Below, one piece after another: positions 1 through 13,098 of a DNA stretch of 41,840 nt. The position numbers and the translations under genes are program-made. Numbering within the stretch: position 1 is the stretch's first letter; every line of letters starts with the position of its first letter. The notes beneath the pieces were generated by a model. The model saw nothing but the letters and a program-made list of their open reading frames with translations. It did not search any database and was not told the DNA's origin. The DNA lies in NCBI GenBank assembly GCA_000934665.2, contig JYFJ02003434.1, positions 1 through 41,840 of the forward strand, written 5' to 3'. The DNA comes from Catajapyx aquilonaris. Its lineage: Eukaryota.

Positions 1-739
1 CAAGTGTCGTCGCGTCGGCCGGATTTTACGCCGTGAGTAGGCCTACCCATGGCCGGCATGTAACGGGGGGTCCACATGCGATCCCGGATTATCTGGGTAA
101 AGGCTGGGTGAGGTCTATCTTCGACTTCTAGCTCCGGTCCAAATAGGAGCCATGTCACTTCTCCCACTTACACGTACCCCCCGACCAGGCGCAGAGATCC
201 GCCTGGTGGTAAGTAGTTGCGCTGCTTTGTGAATCCAACTCGCAGCGCCACTGCCCCGGTGGCGAAAAATGAACTAAACTTACGCAGGTGTATCCCCTTG
301 CGCTCTTTTGTGAATCCTCCCCCTGGAGAACTTCTGCAGTTCAGTTCGAGAGCATAAATGTTCAAAACAGGGCATTTGGTCAATGAATCTTACTGTTATG
401 GAACCTAATTAGTTTGGAAGGCCTATACAGTTGGCAGATTAGTGATAAAAGTAAGCTTAGTTTCATTAATGTTAACACCAAGGTCTGTTTTGTGCCTATT
501 ATCATATTAGTTTCGAATTTCATTTGTGAGTGTAAGTGTCTTTCGACTTGTAAGTCGTCCTACCTGATAAAAGGTTCCAGTGAGTGCAGTTTGATGTTTG
601 AGAATATAGGTGCAGTATATTCATACCGTGTTTCATACAAAACTTGTGATTTTCCCCTCAACACTTCGTTTAAATTTTTACCTTTTTGTTTTATTAAAGA
701 CAGCCTACATAGTAAGTATAGCCTACAGTACATGTTAAT

Positions 740-994
740 TTAACCCTGGAACCGTGACGTGGGGTCTTTTAGGACGCCAAAGGAATTAAAATGCATTATA
801 ATTATAATTACAATGAACTTTTGTCATTTTTAAAAGTATATAACAGGAAGTGCACGTGTATTTTGAATTAGGGATCATTTTAGGCATTGTTCAAAGAATG
901 ATTGTATATAGTCAATACATTGAAAAGTATTATATAAAAATTAGTAAAAATTAAAATACGGATGGGGTCCTAAAAGACCCACGTCACGGTTCCA
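740..994. mobile_element. Non-autonomous DNA transposon (MITE), piggyBac-like, right tip damaged
   Basis: 747-778 TGGAACCGTGACGTGGGGTCTTTTAGGACGCC is the reverse complement of 964-994 apart from one indel and one mismatch. The two repeats enclose about 185 bp of AT-rich non-coding DNA. The left end reads TTAA|CCC (740-746), the piggyBac target site and terminus. The expected GGG|TTAA right tip is absent; CCATTGAA occurs twice there instead. Confidence 0.75.
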
Positions 995-3900
995 TTGAAG
1001 GACCATTGAAAGCATGGAATTTAAATTTCAGTTTGTTACTGTAATTGTGTAGCCTACTTTTTTTATTGCACAGGCATATCTGGTAATGGCTAGTATTGTT
1101 TCTAGATTCGGGTTCCCTATTTTGATTAGTTACGTGCATAATTACTAGGTTCTCCTGGGGAATGTAGTCATGCTGGCTGTGACTAAATGCTGGTTTGTCC
1201 CTTTTATAGAACCATAAGGTGTAATTAAAATAATTATATTACTGCAGCTTGAAGTTTCAACCGGATAATACTCGTATTATTGCAAATGATCACCTCCGTG
1301 AAATGAATCCGATTTTATGTGAGCTTGCAGGAAGATAGGAATGCAAGTAATCGCGGCAAACGGAAGGTTTAAGCGCAATCGTGAGCACCTCAAATGACGG
1401 ACGTTTTAGTGCAGGGAGGCGGGCCTGCACCAACCGCAACCGGTATATTTTAAAAAAAAGATGACATGTATTTTAAAACACGGCTGTACCCGTTTGATAG
1501 GCGTGTCCGGCGCGTAATGTACCGCGTAATGAGTAAAATGTCCGGAGGTGACGTAAAATTTCTATTCAATTTGATTGCGCTACAGCATGGCGGTTATAAA
1601 ATGGAGAATCGGCCGACCTGCTGCGTAAATTGGGTCGGGCACCAATATTCGCTAATAGGACATCAAACAGGCATAGCTGCAGAGTCGGCCTTGTCATAGT
1701 GGTTCAGCTGGATTGAGGATTGCCGCAGGTCTAGAATAAATGACCCGTGGCATAGATATCTGCGGGCGTATGAAGATAAATGTGTACCGTTAACGAGCCG
1801 TGGGAACATGGAAGCGGAGGAGGATTTCGGTGAGGCTGGGAGAGGGTATATAGTGGGTGGTAGGGAGGGGGGGGGGGGTGGAAAAGCATCGGCCCTGCAC
1901 CGGAATAAGTCATACACGGCAGCCAAGCAGCGGTTATGGGGTAGGATTCATTTGCATTCCGTTCCGCGATTGTGTCCACGTCCTACTTTTCGCGGCGATC
2001 CTTTGGCAATCCGATAAGCCACTCTGTCACTACCGTTTTCTGGAGGCCGCGCCGCATTGTGCCGTTTGCGAATCTATGCTTCAGTGGACGCACTCAGCCT
2101 TTTAGCAGCGGTGTACATAGAAAACGAATAACAATAATAATGGAGGGGAGGTAGGTTCTCTTTTGGAGGAGAAATGCTAACGAGGAAGGTTTTTACAGGG
2201 GGAGAAATGTGTGTGGTATGTTGGGAGGCGAATGGGGAAAGAAGCGGGCTCAAACGATCTGGGTTATGCACTGTTCAATAACCGCAAATGCCTTTACGGT
2301 TTATTTTGTCCCAAATGGCTCGGAGGAGAACTTGGGGTTGTAAACAAGATGAGACGAGGCATGCCACAAGGCATCTCAAAAAGCAGCATAACTTGCCTGC
2401 AAGTGCTCATTTTGTGCACTGTCGCACTCATCGGAAGTAGTGGGATACTTCAAGGTACTGTAACTGCCACTTTCCCTACAGTGATGTAAGGTTGACTACA
2501 CATTCGAATATAGGCTTGTAGCACATATTACTAGGAATTCCTAGATTATTAGAATCGGCGACAGCTCAAGTTCGAAGCGTTTGAAGCCCATAGTGATGGT
2601 AGTGTGTTTTTGTGTGTGTGAGGCGCCTCTTGAGTACATTATTTCATGGTAAGTATAGCCTGAAATTGCTTAAATAGGGTACAGTAGACATGCATTTTCC
2701 ACATTCCACGTGCTTACACACTGAATTTTACAGACTATCTTTGGGTAAAATATCCCTTCAATTGAATCAACAATGCAACTCATAAAAGTAAATTTTCTGT
2801 GTATTAGATTGAGTCAATTGGGACAAGTTTTTATTGAAAGGATCTGGTGCTAATTCTAGGGTAAAATGAATGAACCACCCAAATTTAGCAGATATTTATA
2901 TAGTAAAAAAATGCAAGCAATCACTCGCATATAAAATTACGGAACCTGTATCGTTATAAAATGGCACTTATTAACACGGATAGTTGTAATTTGCCTTCAA
3001 CCTAATCCCATTTGTAGGTTAAAATTGTGTACATGAAACAAAAAAGCACCTTGTAGGAAAGAACTCCTCTTTTACCTGCATGGGAAAAAATTAGACCGCT
3101 TTACTAGCCATCCATAATATTCACGTTATGTCCACATGTTATTTACCACAGCGAGCGGTTGCGATATGAATTGCACGGTGTTGAACGACCGAGTAGACAC
3201 CTGTAATCTGGGTTGAATGGCAGCTGCCTACTCGGGCGTGCTAATGCCACATATTTATAGACTAAATGCAAGGACGTGCCTCAATCTGGGAAAACCATGC
3301 CACGGTTATTTTTTGTGCGGTTGATCAAATCGAAAATTCGCAAGTTGGGTGACTGTAATTGATATTCACGCGCGAGCTCATTTGCCTTCGCGTTTTAGGA
3401 GCGGAACAATCTGACTCCAACCTCGCATTCTGGGAAAAAGAGCAGTCACCCATGGAGGGATTTTTAAAAAAAAGCCGAACTCTTCCCATCCTTCACGCAC
3501 GCTCCTTGACATCACGCACTCCCGTCCTGGAAGGCATTTAAACCTGTAATGCAAGGCAGGTGAAGTAACGAGGCGACTTTGGAGCTCAAGTTTGCAGCAG
3601 CCGTCCCGTAGTGGCATCTGGCGCGCCGACTTGGGACTCGCGACGTTCATTTCGCATTTTCGACCTGGCTCACATCGCCTATCGCATCGGACTTTGTTGC
3701 GAAGCCAAGCAGGAGAGGAACTTACAATATCGCGCCATCATTTTCGTGTGGAAATAATGAATTTTTTTTTGTAAGTCTCACGCAGGAAAGCATACCTGTC
3801 GGGATATTTAATGCCACATTTTTGATGCCCATTATCTCTGTGACGAGGCTGAAGAGATAAAGTGACATCTCGACACAAAGTGCTCCTCTGGTCCCCCATG

Positions 3901-4582
3901 GGCTAACTCCAGGACGGTTTCAGTGTTATTGTGGAAGACCCTGTACAGTTGGTAGTATTATTCCTGGAGAGGCTTTGATCCGTTGAGCGCAAGACCGGAG
4001 CAGCCCGTGTTTCTGAGGGCATCGGAGAAGACTAGTGCTGCTCACACAACACAAAACAAAAAAAGGAAAAGTGGTGTGGCGGTGATTCGAAGCCCCCTCC
4101 CACTAAAGATTAATGAAAGGGAGGCTGAGCCGAGAGTGGCGCCATAATATTTCCTGGCTGTGACTTGCATTCAGACCTTCTTCCTCCCTCCCTCCCTCCA
4201 ACCCCCTCCACTAACCCCCCTCCCTTCCCCACAACCCAGGCCTGTTTCAAGCCTAGAGTAGGCGTTGCTTGGCTGGCTGACTGATGAATTGGATTGTGCT
4301 GCTTCGGAGGGAAACAAGGAGGATTGTCACTTTTTTGGCGGGACAAATTAGAGGAGGTCTGCTTTTGTTGTTTTGTTCTCTCCAGAGAGCGAGGATGGAG
4401 GGGGTGGGGAAGAGTGGGAGGGGAGAGGGGGCAAGAGAGCGGAAAAAAGGAGGAAGTGCTAGGAAAGATTGAGGAACGACACATTTCAGAACATTCAGGC
4501 TATTGTCAGGCAGGAGATTGTTGTTGCTCGATTCTGTCTAGGTTCCTGACGCCTATTAATTGTGCAGTTACACGAGACACTG

Positions 4583-4848
4583 GGGTCATTTACCCGGCAC
4601 CCAATAACTGAACCCGGTGAAGATCTGGTTCAACAATAGGTTGGTTGTATTCACAGCACAACGGATCGTCTGACTATACGTCAAGGAATTCTACATTGTT
4701 CATTGGGACCAACCAAAAGGACTCGAAAGCACAAACAGTATAATATATTCATTCATGTTGTTATATATAAGTGGTTGGCAACATAGCATCCCATTAGTGG
4801 CCTGGATCCAGACCGGCTCCGGTGTAGTTGTTGCTGTGTAAATGGCCC
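4583..4848. mobile_element. Decayed MITE with degenerate terminal inverted repeats (PIF/Harbinger-like ends)
   Basis: Left GGGTCATTTACCCGGCACC versus reverse complement of the right end GGGCCATTTACACAGCAAC: 15/19 identical. Gapped similarity continues to about 50 bp (AACT..CCGG..TCTGG). Interior is AT-rich. No clean target-site duplication. The family guess rests only on resemblance of the GGGCCATTTACAC end to Harbinger-type termini. Confidence 0.45.
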
Positions 4849-7800
4849 TATTAATTCTTACTAGGCTGCTACATCGCTTGAACTATAGTTGCATGTCCTG
4901 CCTGCTTGTGACGCGAGTTTTGCATATTGACTCGAGTTCTGAAAGTTGTAAAAGCGTCATTGATGTTTGGCTTGCAGGGCGACAACTTGGTCGAACTTGA
5001 AAATTAACCCAACAAATGAAAGCCCTCGGATGCAATGGAAGGTTTTATGCGACACCTGCATTGCAAACTTGAGAGGCCGTAACGACGGAGGTGACATTTA
5101 AGCGGCCGACGTAATGTTTGGATAGGGAAGCACCACGCTTATCCACCTCTCCCAAACTTCCTGAGACAAAATGGAAATGCGCCGCCCAAGTCCCCCGCCG
5201 CTTTCCTCCTTGGTGACGTTACCCTAGTTACGAAGGTGGGTTTTTTGAAGTTGAAGGAGAAAAAAGAGGAGCAGTTTCGCCTGAGACAAAAAAAAAGGAA
5301 ACTTATTTTCCGGCCTGCTGCTTAACAGGATGCATTGTTTTCCCACGGCGTCTTGTTATTGTTATTATTTTTGTCGTTTCTTTTCTCTTCCTTTTTTTGT
5401 TAATTCAAGGAGGGGGTGTAGGGAGAGAGTTTCCTGGTGTCTGTGTTGCCACCCGCTGGCGCTTATCTCCCTTGGCAGCAAGCCTGCATGTCGCGGGGAT
5501 GGCCTCTTGGCGAATGGGCTTCGTCGAGGCCTCCCAACGTGGCGGCTACAAATGAATTCGGGCCCCGGTTATAAATGTGTCCCCGGTGCCGTTTTCCTTG
5601 AGCTATTATCTGCGCAATTTCCCTGCCATGCAAACCCACGACATACATATGCCCTGAGAGAGGACGTACAGAGCGACGGATATTACTACGGGACTGGTTG
5701 AGGAGTATGTGGCCAAGGAAATGGCGTCCAATAAATCGCCAGGTTTTACGGCTGATAGGTGGAGGGGGAAGGGAGGGGGGCGGACTTCATTTGCGGGTTG
5801 TAAGTAAAGGCTTGTCTCTTCCCTCTTTGTTGCCGAAAGAATGGTGTGGCGGAACTGATCTCTGATTTTCCAGGTCCCTGTTTGTATCTTGAGGCGACCC
5901 ATTATTACGTTTCCCGGTAATTACTCGACTTGACCCAGCGGGACAGTAAATCTTCCTGGTCTGCGTATGCAAAGCTACGCCAACTTCCGCCCCGGCTTTC
6001 ATTAAATCCATTATCTGCCAGGGCCAGTGTTGGAATGTTATCTCAGCGCTGTTTCTAGGGGAGAATGGCGGAGAAAGTGTTGGTGGGGGATGGAGGGGGG
6101 AGAGAGGGTTCAAGGCGAAAAGGTCTAGGTTGAAATTCGCCCCGTTTGCATTGTGGTAATTAGGTAATGTCGGTCTCGCCAAGGCGCTCGAGCGGAGCCA
6201 AAGATGTTGCCTGCAAGTGTCAAACCCGCGCGCAGTTGTGGAAGGTTTCAGGCAATGGGTGCCTCGTTTGCACCCTGCTAATTGGATAATGTCGGTCACC
6301 AAGTCGGTGAGACTCGGCGGGGAAAGTGTCATGCCGAGGCGACATGTGTGCTGCTATACCAACCCTGGTTGTCAGAAAAGGCGTTGGCCCGAATACGCCA
6401 GGCACATCTACCTACCTGCATACCTGCCCAAGTCCAGAGTTCAGGAGGTGGTAGGGAGAAATGTTGGAAACTGTCTACCCCAGCAACTAGATGAACACGT
6501 TGGATAAGCAACAATCATGGCTGATTCTTAAATTGGTATATACGAGTATGTAAACAATACGATTTCATGTGCTTTCGTCCAATACACAGTTAATTATTGC
6601 CATCATGGGGCAAGACAGTGCCACGATAGCATGCACGGTAGTATTCCTTGTTCATGATTCCGAGCAGAATTCCCGAGACCCCACGTCTAGTGCCAAACCG
6701 CTGGTTCTTGTGGTTGGACGAAGCCAGCCAAGGGTTGGCATGAACTAGCTGGAGCGGTAGGTGTGTTGTGAGGGGACGCCGAAGCCAGATAATTTGGCTA
6801 AGATGGCCCGTCCCCGCCGCTCTAATCGTGAGAAGTGGAGGAGAGGCTGGCTGAACTATGGGCGAAGGGGGCGAGAATGAAAGGGGGAAAGGAGGAGGGC
6901 TGGTGGGACCAAAGCAATCGCTTTCTCGGTTTGCAATTGGAGAGTTCATTACGCGGCGAGAGCGTGAAAGGTCAGGCGGGAGAAGCGGAGGCTTGTTGTT
7001 TTCTGCTGGCTTTTTCCCTGAAAAGCTGGAGGATTGCCCGCAAAGGAGATGGCGATGGATGCGTCCGGACCCGGCCCGTAAAACACAGCTCGACGTTCGG
7101 GTGCACTCACGCTTTTTTGCCCTAGCTCTTAATCCATTCGGAATGTCCTCAGCTACCGGCCCCATATTTTTAACCACTTTGGACTTAAATTTGGGTTTCA
7201 TTGCGCCATTCATCCCGATGAATTTATAGAGCTGGGAGCAGGGGTGGGGCTTAGTGCGTTTGGCAAATGAATTTCATCGCGTCGGCTTTAGCGACTTTTC
7301 CTTCCAGCTCAAATCCGCGTATTTTTTCATCTCATTCAGTGCCCTCCAAGTAGGTGACCCCACTTTTGTGTCGGCAGGGTGTAGTCGCATCTGACGGTTG
7401 TTTGAACCGAGAGGTAAATGATCTCTCCCGGGCTGTTGGCGAGGTATAACGGGATGATTGTTGCCGGTGGGATGTTTAGAAAATGCGCTCCCAGGCGCCG
7501 TTGGGGGCTGAGAAATCCGCCGAATGGAAAAGGCAGATCGGTCGGACCCCCCTTGGACCGGTGTGGCACTTAATGGAAGGCCATTAGTCGGCGCGAACAG
7601 ACTCGGGCCTTTCCCAAAGACTTTTCACCCCGCCGCCCCCGCCCCTGGAACCAACCTTTACTCGTCATCTGGCGCGCCCCACCTACAAAAGAGCCTCGGA
7701 ATGCACAAGCTTTGCCTGCATCTCTTTTCTCTCCCCCTTACCTCTTTTCTCTCTCTGCATGTTCCGTACGTCGCAACTAAGTTAATTAGAGGGCTCGCTA

Positions 7801-10800
7801 ATTTTCTTAGCATCCCCCCCACCCCCAACTCCCCAACGCCAGTAATATGGCGAGGTTTTCTTAAGCCTCGCAGAAAATCGAGTCGGTTTGGGCTTATGTA
7901 CGTAATTCCACTTGGACGTGGACTCAGCCCATGTAAACGTAATGGTGGATTTGACGCTTATTTGGAGATTATGACAAATCTTGGGGATTTGGAGGTAGGA
8001 GAAAGTTAAAGAACAAGCTGCCTCTTCCTCTTTCTCCAGCTCTTAAGCGCTCTTGAGCTGAGCTTGTGACAGTAAAAGCCCAGGATATCTGTTTTACTTG
8101 TGCAGAGATAATGTGTTTTGGTCCGGCAAGAGTAAGTGGACCCGAGCAATATTGCGAGACATAAGGCGTCATCGCCATTCCTTATTTTTGATGGCTTGTG
8201 CTAATATCCGCTGCAATAATGGAAGGAAGTCCTGCATTGTAGGGGGAGGCCGAATTTCGGGAGTGACCACTCTTGTTTGGTGGCGATTTCGCGTGTGTAA
8301 TCCCAGGAAGTTGAAAGGGCCGGTTCCTTCGGGACCCTGCTTTTGGGGGGTGTCTGGGGGGGCCGGGGCCAGCAAGCAGTCAAGTTTGATAGGCAATTTA
8401 AGCCTCCGCAGCGGATGTGGGTTAAGTGCAGCCAAGGCTGTAAGTCCAAATTATGTGTCTTGAGAGGCCGTAGGTTTTTGCGGGAAAAAGCGGGCGGGGC
8501 ACGCGGAGAGAGAGAGGNGGGCAGAGGACGTTATCGGGGTTTGATTGGAGAGGTCACGTTCGGTTATACGGGAAGGCCGCTTTTGTAGCGAAAATGGGAA
8601 TCCCATGCAAGCACGCCAATTACGCCTATCCCCCTTTGAAAGCGGCGCATTGGAAAAAGCATTTTGTTGCTTAACAGCCCGTAAGAAGAGTCGCTTCTCC
8701 TTCAACGGAATTACCGTTTTCGCCAACGGGATTGCCAATAAGTGTCCGCCCTGCATCATTCCACTTTCTTTTTTCGCAAACGTCGCGGCCAAATAAGAGA
8801 GAGAGAGTCCCAGCCTGGAACAATTCGGGTCTGGAGGTGAATGGAATGCCTAAATCATGCGCTACGAAATGAACGGTGGGTAACCCCCTCCTTTTCCCTG
8901 GCTGGGGTAGCATGTCGCTGGCATGAGGCAGGGTGTGTAAGTGGCTCAACTATGGTCGAAGGAGCTACACCCACCCCCGAATCTTGGTCGGCCATCCGCT
9001 GGGTTCCCAGGCACCAAGGCGGAGGATCCCCATTTGGCCATGAAGGGCTGGGCTGAGGAATGAAAGGCCAGGACTCCATCACGTGGACGAATCGCCGCCG
9101 GACACGCGAAACCAAGCCGCGTTTTTAAAAATACGGGAGTTCCATGACACCTGCTGTGCCACGTTCAGGGGAGGCCTCGTTTTTTGTGGGCTATAGGGGG
9201 AATATGTCCTTGATATGCGAGAGAAATGACCGGGTGTATTTATGGGTGTTTACTGCTCTCCAAACTTATAAGTGATTACCAGGGACATGGGGGATGAAAT
9301 CCGGGTAAATGAACCCTCCTGATTGGACAGGTGTCCTACAGATTACCAGCCGATATCAGATATTGTGGTTGTTGTTGCCGGAATGCAGTCAAAATTAACT
9401 GAGAATTTTGATTTTTATGAGCGTATGCTCCTGGGGTCGTCTTTAGATTTTGAGGTTGCATTCAGGTATACTGGTACTTGTGATCGTGATGTATCAAATG
9501 GTGTATCCTGGATATTGCTTTTGTTACTATTCCACTATATGTCCCTTAAAACTTTGGCGATATTCATGTGGTTCATGTTACTTTGTCCTTTGGTGAAGTA
9601 AATACGGATGGGATTTCAAACACCAAAGTAAGGGTATAGTGTGTACTAAACACTGTAGTTATATGCCAGAGAAGTCGTCTTTCGTACCATTGGCATTGAA
9701 TTAAGAAAAAAGGCGAAGTAAACAAATTCGATACGATGCGCTTTCCTTCCCATTATGCACATCTGCTAACGTTGGGTTTTTTTCTGCTTTTACTCAGTGT
9801 AGCCTGGGGCAGAACTCCAGGAACAGACTTTTACGAATTTAGCTTTCAAGCCTGTAACGAGTGTTTTTTCTATCCCAAGAATTTTGAAGCCAGTGACATC
9901 AAACCTGGCTTGATGATAGGACATGAACAAGGGTCAAAAGGAAGATGTTCTCATTATGCGGCCTATTTCACGCCGTTTGATAGCTCTCCTTTCTGATTAT
10001 TCTGGAAATTGTTTTGTTACCTCTTTCAATATAGTGATACAGTTCACTGGAAATGGGGGAAAGGAGGTGGAAGCGGGCGGAAGACTAGATACTTTCTCTG
10101 TTCAGCACTATAAGACCTTTTGGATGTTGTTGCGAATATCGACAAGCGTCACACTGACTTTAAGGCAATGCATATGTGTCAGAACAACGAACTGACGCGC
10201 TATCTCTCCTGTTCCAATTATTATCGAGTTCTCTGCTTAAGGCACCACACACAGATTTCTTCTTTCCCCCCCGAAAGAACGTCAAAAGCCCATACAGTAT
10301 TTACATGTAAAATTGAGCATTTGAAATTCACTTGACACAAACAAGAGGGTCTGAGGGATTCGCCCTTTCCTGTTTACCCCTCCTTCTGGTTCAGTGAAAA
10401 CAGATTTGCACCACTATGCCAGACACTGGTACTTGGGGGTCTTCCTGTGCACACAAGTGCTACTCCGTTGATATGAATGTAAGGAAGGTACTGTTTGGGA
10501 GGATTCGTGAATGGACAGGTGCCACTATAAGCGAAAGTAGTGGGTAGTCCCCATGAGGTTTTATTTTTCTTGGGCAGCGCCCTCTTCTTCTTATTCTCAG
10601 GTCCGTGCCGGCGCGCGCTTCTCAGGGGATTTTTGGAATCCACAGCAGATTAGCATAATGGAAAAAGTTTCGGCATTACGGGAGCCCGGCAACCACGCCG
10701 GGAGAGTAATTAAAGTCTTTTTATGTTGGCCTTTGCACGCAATTTACTTTTCAAAATAAGTGGCAGCGTCGACTGAAGATTTTCTGCGGCAAAGGCGCCA

Positions 10801-13098
10801 GGAGGAAGAGGGGATGGTAGGCGGGAGAAGAATTGAACTTTTTTTTCCCCCTTCTTTTACCGAGGGGGTGTTAGCTTTACCTTGTGTGGATCCCTTCTGA
10901 CAGGTGAAGGAGGATATGAAAGCAGACCACGCCAGCTTTATAGTGACGTCGGTTTTCTAGTTAGACGGCTTGATTACGGTCGGGGTTAGCCCTCTGGCTC
11001 CCCTATTTTTTTGGCACTTTTTTTCTCGCTACCCGATTAGTAGTCAGGTGGCTATCTGGAAAGATTAGGCTAATTAGCAGCAACCAGTTTACCGCCCGGA
11101 AAACCAGCCAGGCTCGCCTTTTGTCCGGAGACTTTTCCTCTTTTGGCAGCCACCGACGATCGTCCGGGCGATTTTAATCGCGCCCGGATTACGTTTCCCC
11201 TGATTAAAGCCCCGGTTACCACTCTTTAAGATGGTTTTGTAATGGCTTCATTAGGCTCGGGCGCGATTGGTATTTTCCAACTCATTGGGACCGGGGAGGA
11301 AATCGGAAGTTCAATGGGAAGCTTCTTTACCCCTGTGTACTGTTTTATGGCCGTGTATGGGATTACTTGCCTGACGCGGGTTTCAGGCATTCTAAACCGT
11401 TTAGTAGAATGTCCGGCGGCCGAATCATTTTGTTCGATTATACGATTGTGGGCTGTCTGTTTGGCTGAGGTGGGGGGAGAGTGGGGAGTGGGGGCATGGG
11501 GGGAAAAGTGTGTACCGAATTTCCTGCTGGTATTGTGGATACTTATCTCCCATTGCCTGCCGTTGGCATACGCCCATCACACGGGGTTTTGTTTATAGCG
11601 AAAATCAAAACGAATTACGGCAACGAAACAGAGGAGATTAACAATGTAATTATTTTGTCTCATTATTTAGCGCCGCTGGAAATTCTGATGGCCGTTTTGT
11701 GCCCACGTTGTTAATGAAACATATCCCTGTCGTATCCGGTGATTAATTGTATTTGATGTTTGTATTCGAAATCATAATAAAATAACCATATTGTGATTAT
11801 TTCCAATAAAAAGGACATGCGGCTAATTAATTACCGGATCATTGTGCATTTCCAATGGGGTTGCAGTGGGCCATAAAAACTGGCCCCAATTTTATTCTAT
11901 GCGGAGCGATTAACTTTTGGTGCAATACTGGCTGAAATTCTTGATGGTGGCCCGAGCCCCGTGTAAATGGTAGGCAGGCTGCATTAATAATCTGTCACAA
12001 ATGTTGCAGCTGTAACGACGATGCTCTCTCTGGATCCGCGTAATAAGTGGTGTGAAAGGCGGCGTTTCTCAAAGTCCGTGGATGATTTCATGCATCAGCC
12101 ATAAAAGATGAGGAGCCGGAGCGAAAAGGGCGACTTTTTGGGTGCTGCCAGTTGGGTGAAGGGGCTGGCTAATGACCGAAATGAAAACATAAAAGCAGCC
12201 CCTAGTTCGCCATTTGCATGATGAGAGACACGAACTTAAACCGTGTTGTCTCCTCGAGGGTCCATTCCGCCAACAAGCCGAGCGGAAGGTCATCGAAAAT
12301 TTCCGAGCCGACTGAAGGAAGCTAAAAAGAGGGGAGCAGCGCAAAGGCTATTTAACCCACTTCTCGCAGGCAATTCGTTCTAACTGAAACGCGGACGTCC
12401 TCTATTCAAGGCATGGCATTATACAAATAATGGCATGGAGTTTTGCGAAAGTGAACTGCTCTGCTAGGCCCCCGATCGGAGGTTCGTGCAGAAACTGGAT
12501 CTAAAAACGCATTATCGCTGGGGTGTTTTGGGGGGAAGGGAGTGGTCAGGGAGGGGAAATGGGGGGTATGGCTGTCCTTTATCACTTTTGAATGATAAGA
12601 AGGGTTGACGTGCGCCCACCAGCTGATGTTTCTCACACGTTCCCTTCGATTTAATCTCCTTTCGTGTTTGGGATCATCAGCTGGGCGGTTTGCTGTTCCG
12701 AGAAATCAAAATCGCCGCCGAAATCTCCTGATCGCATCGGGATTTCTCCCTCGAAGCGTCCCCATTTACTGCTGTCGTCCTTTCCAGAGAGAGACATTGC
12801 AGTCGGTTTGTGTCATGAAGAAGGCCGGAAGGAAATGCTGGTCCAATTAATTTTCCGATTGTTTTGGGGGGCCAGATAACCTGTCTGCAGAGTAACTACA
12901 TTGTCATGCACCGTTGGAGCTGCCCTGGGAGGATTGATTAATTTTCACGTACATGCACTGTTCGGGTGTCCGTGTTGGCGTGTCCAAGTCGCTTCCATTA
13001 CCTTCCTTCCCAACCTGACAAGTGAGCCGGGCTTAGAACTCAATCACTAGAGAAGCAAAGCGTATTATTAGTTGCATTCCTTTGCCGTCAAGAATGGT

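Noticed and set aside
560..680. Minus-strand translation NLNEVLRGKSQVLYE, vaguely like a hAT transposase segment
   Set aside because: Only a few residues resemble it, a stop follows shortly, and there are no other transposase motifs; it would need a translated HMM search.
2531..2544. Perfect 14-bp palindrome CTAGGAATTCCTAG
   Set aside because: About 2-3 palindromes of this size are expected by chance in 42 kb.
3070..3096. Minus-strand TCTAATTTTTTCCCATGCAG|GTAAAA, a ratchet-point-like junction at 3076/3075
   Set aside because: The donor lacks +5 G, the branch motif is only about 16 nt from the AG, and no strong downstream donor follows. It shows that partial matches arise by chance; revisit if the host transcript proves to be on minus.
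5787..7229. 181-aa and 207-aa minus-strand ORFs and overlapping plus-strand ORFs
   Set aside because: Stop-poor GC-rich DNA open in several frames on both strands; Pro/Ser/Arg-rich; no family motif.
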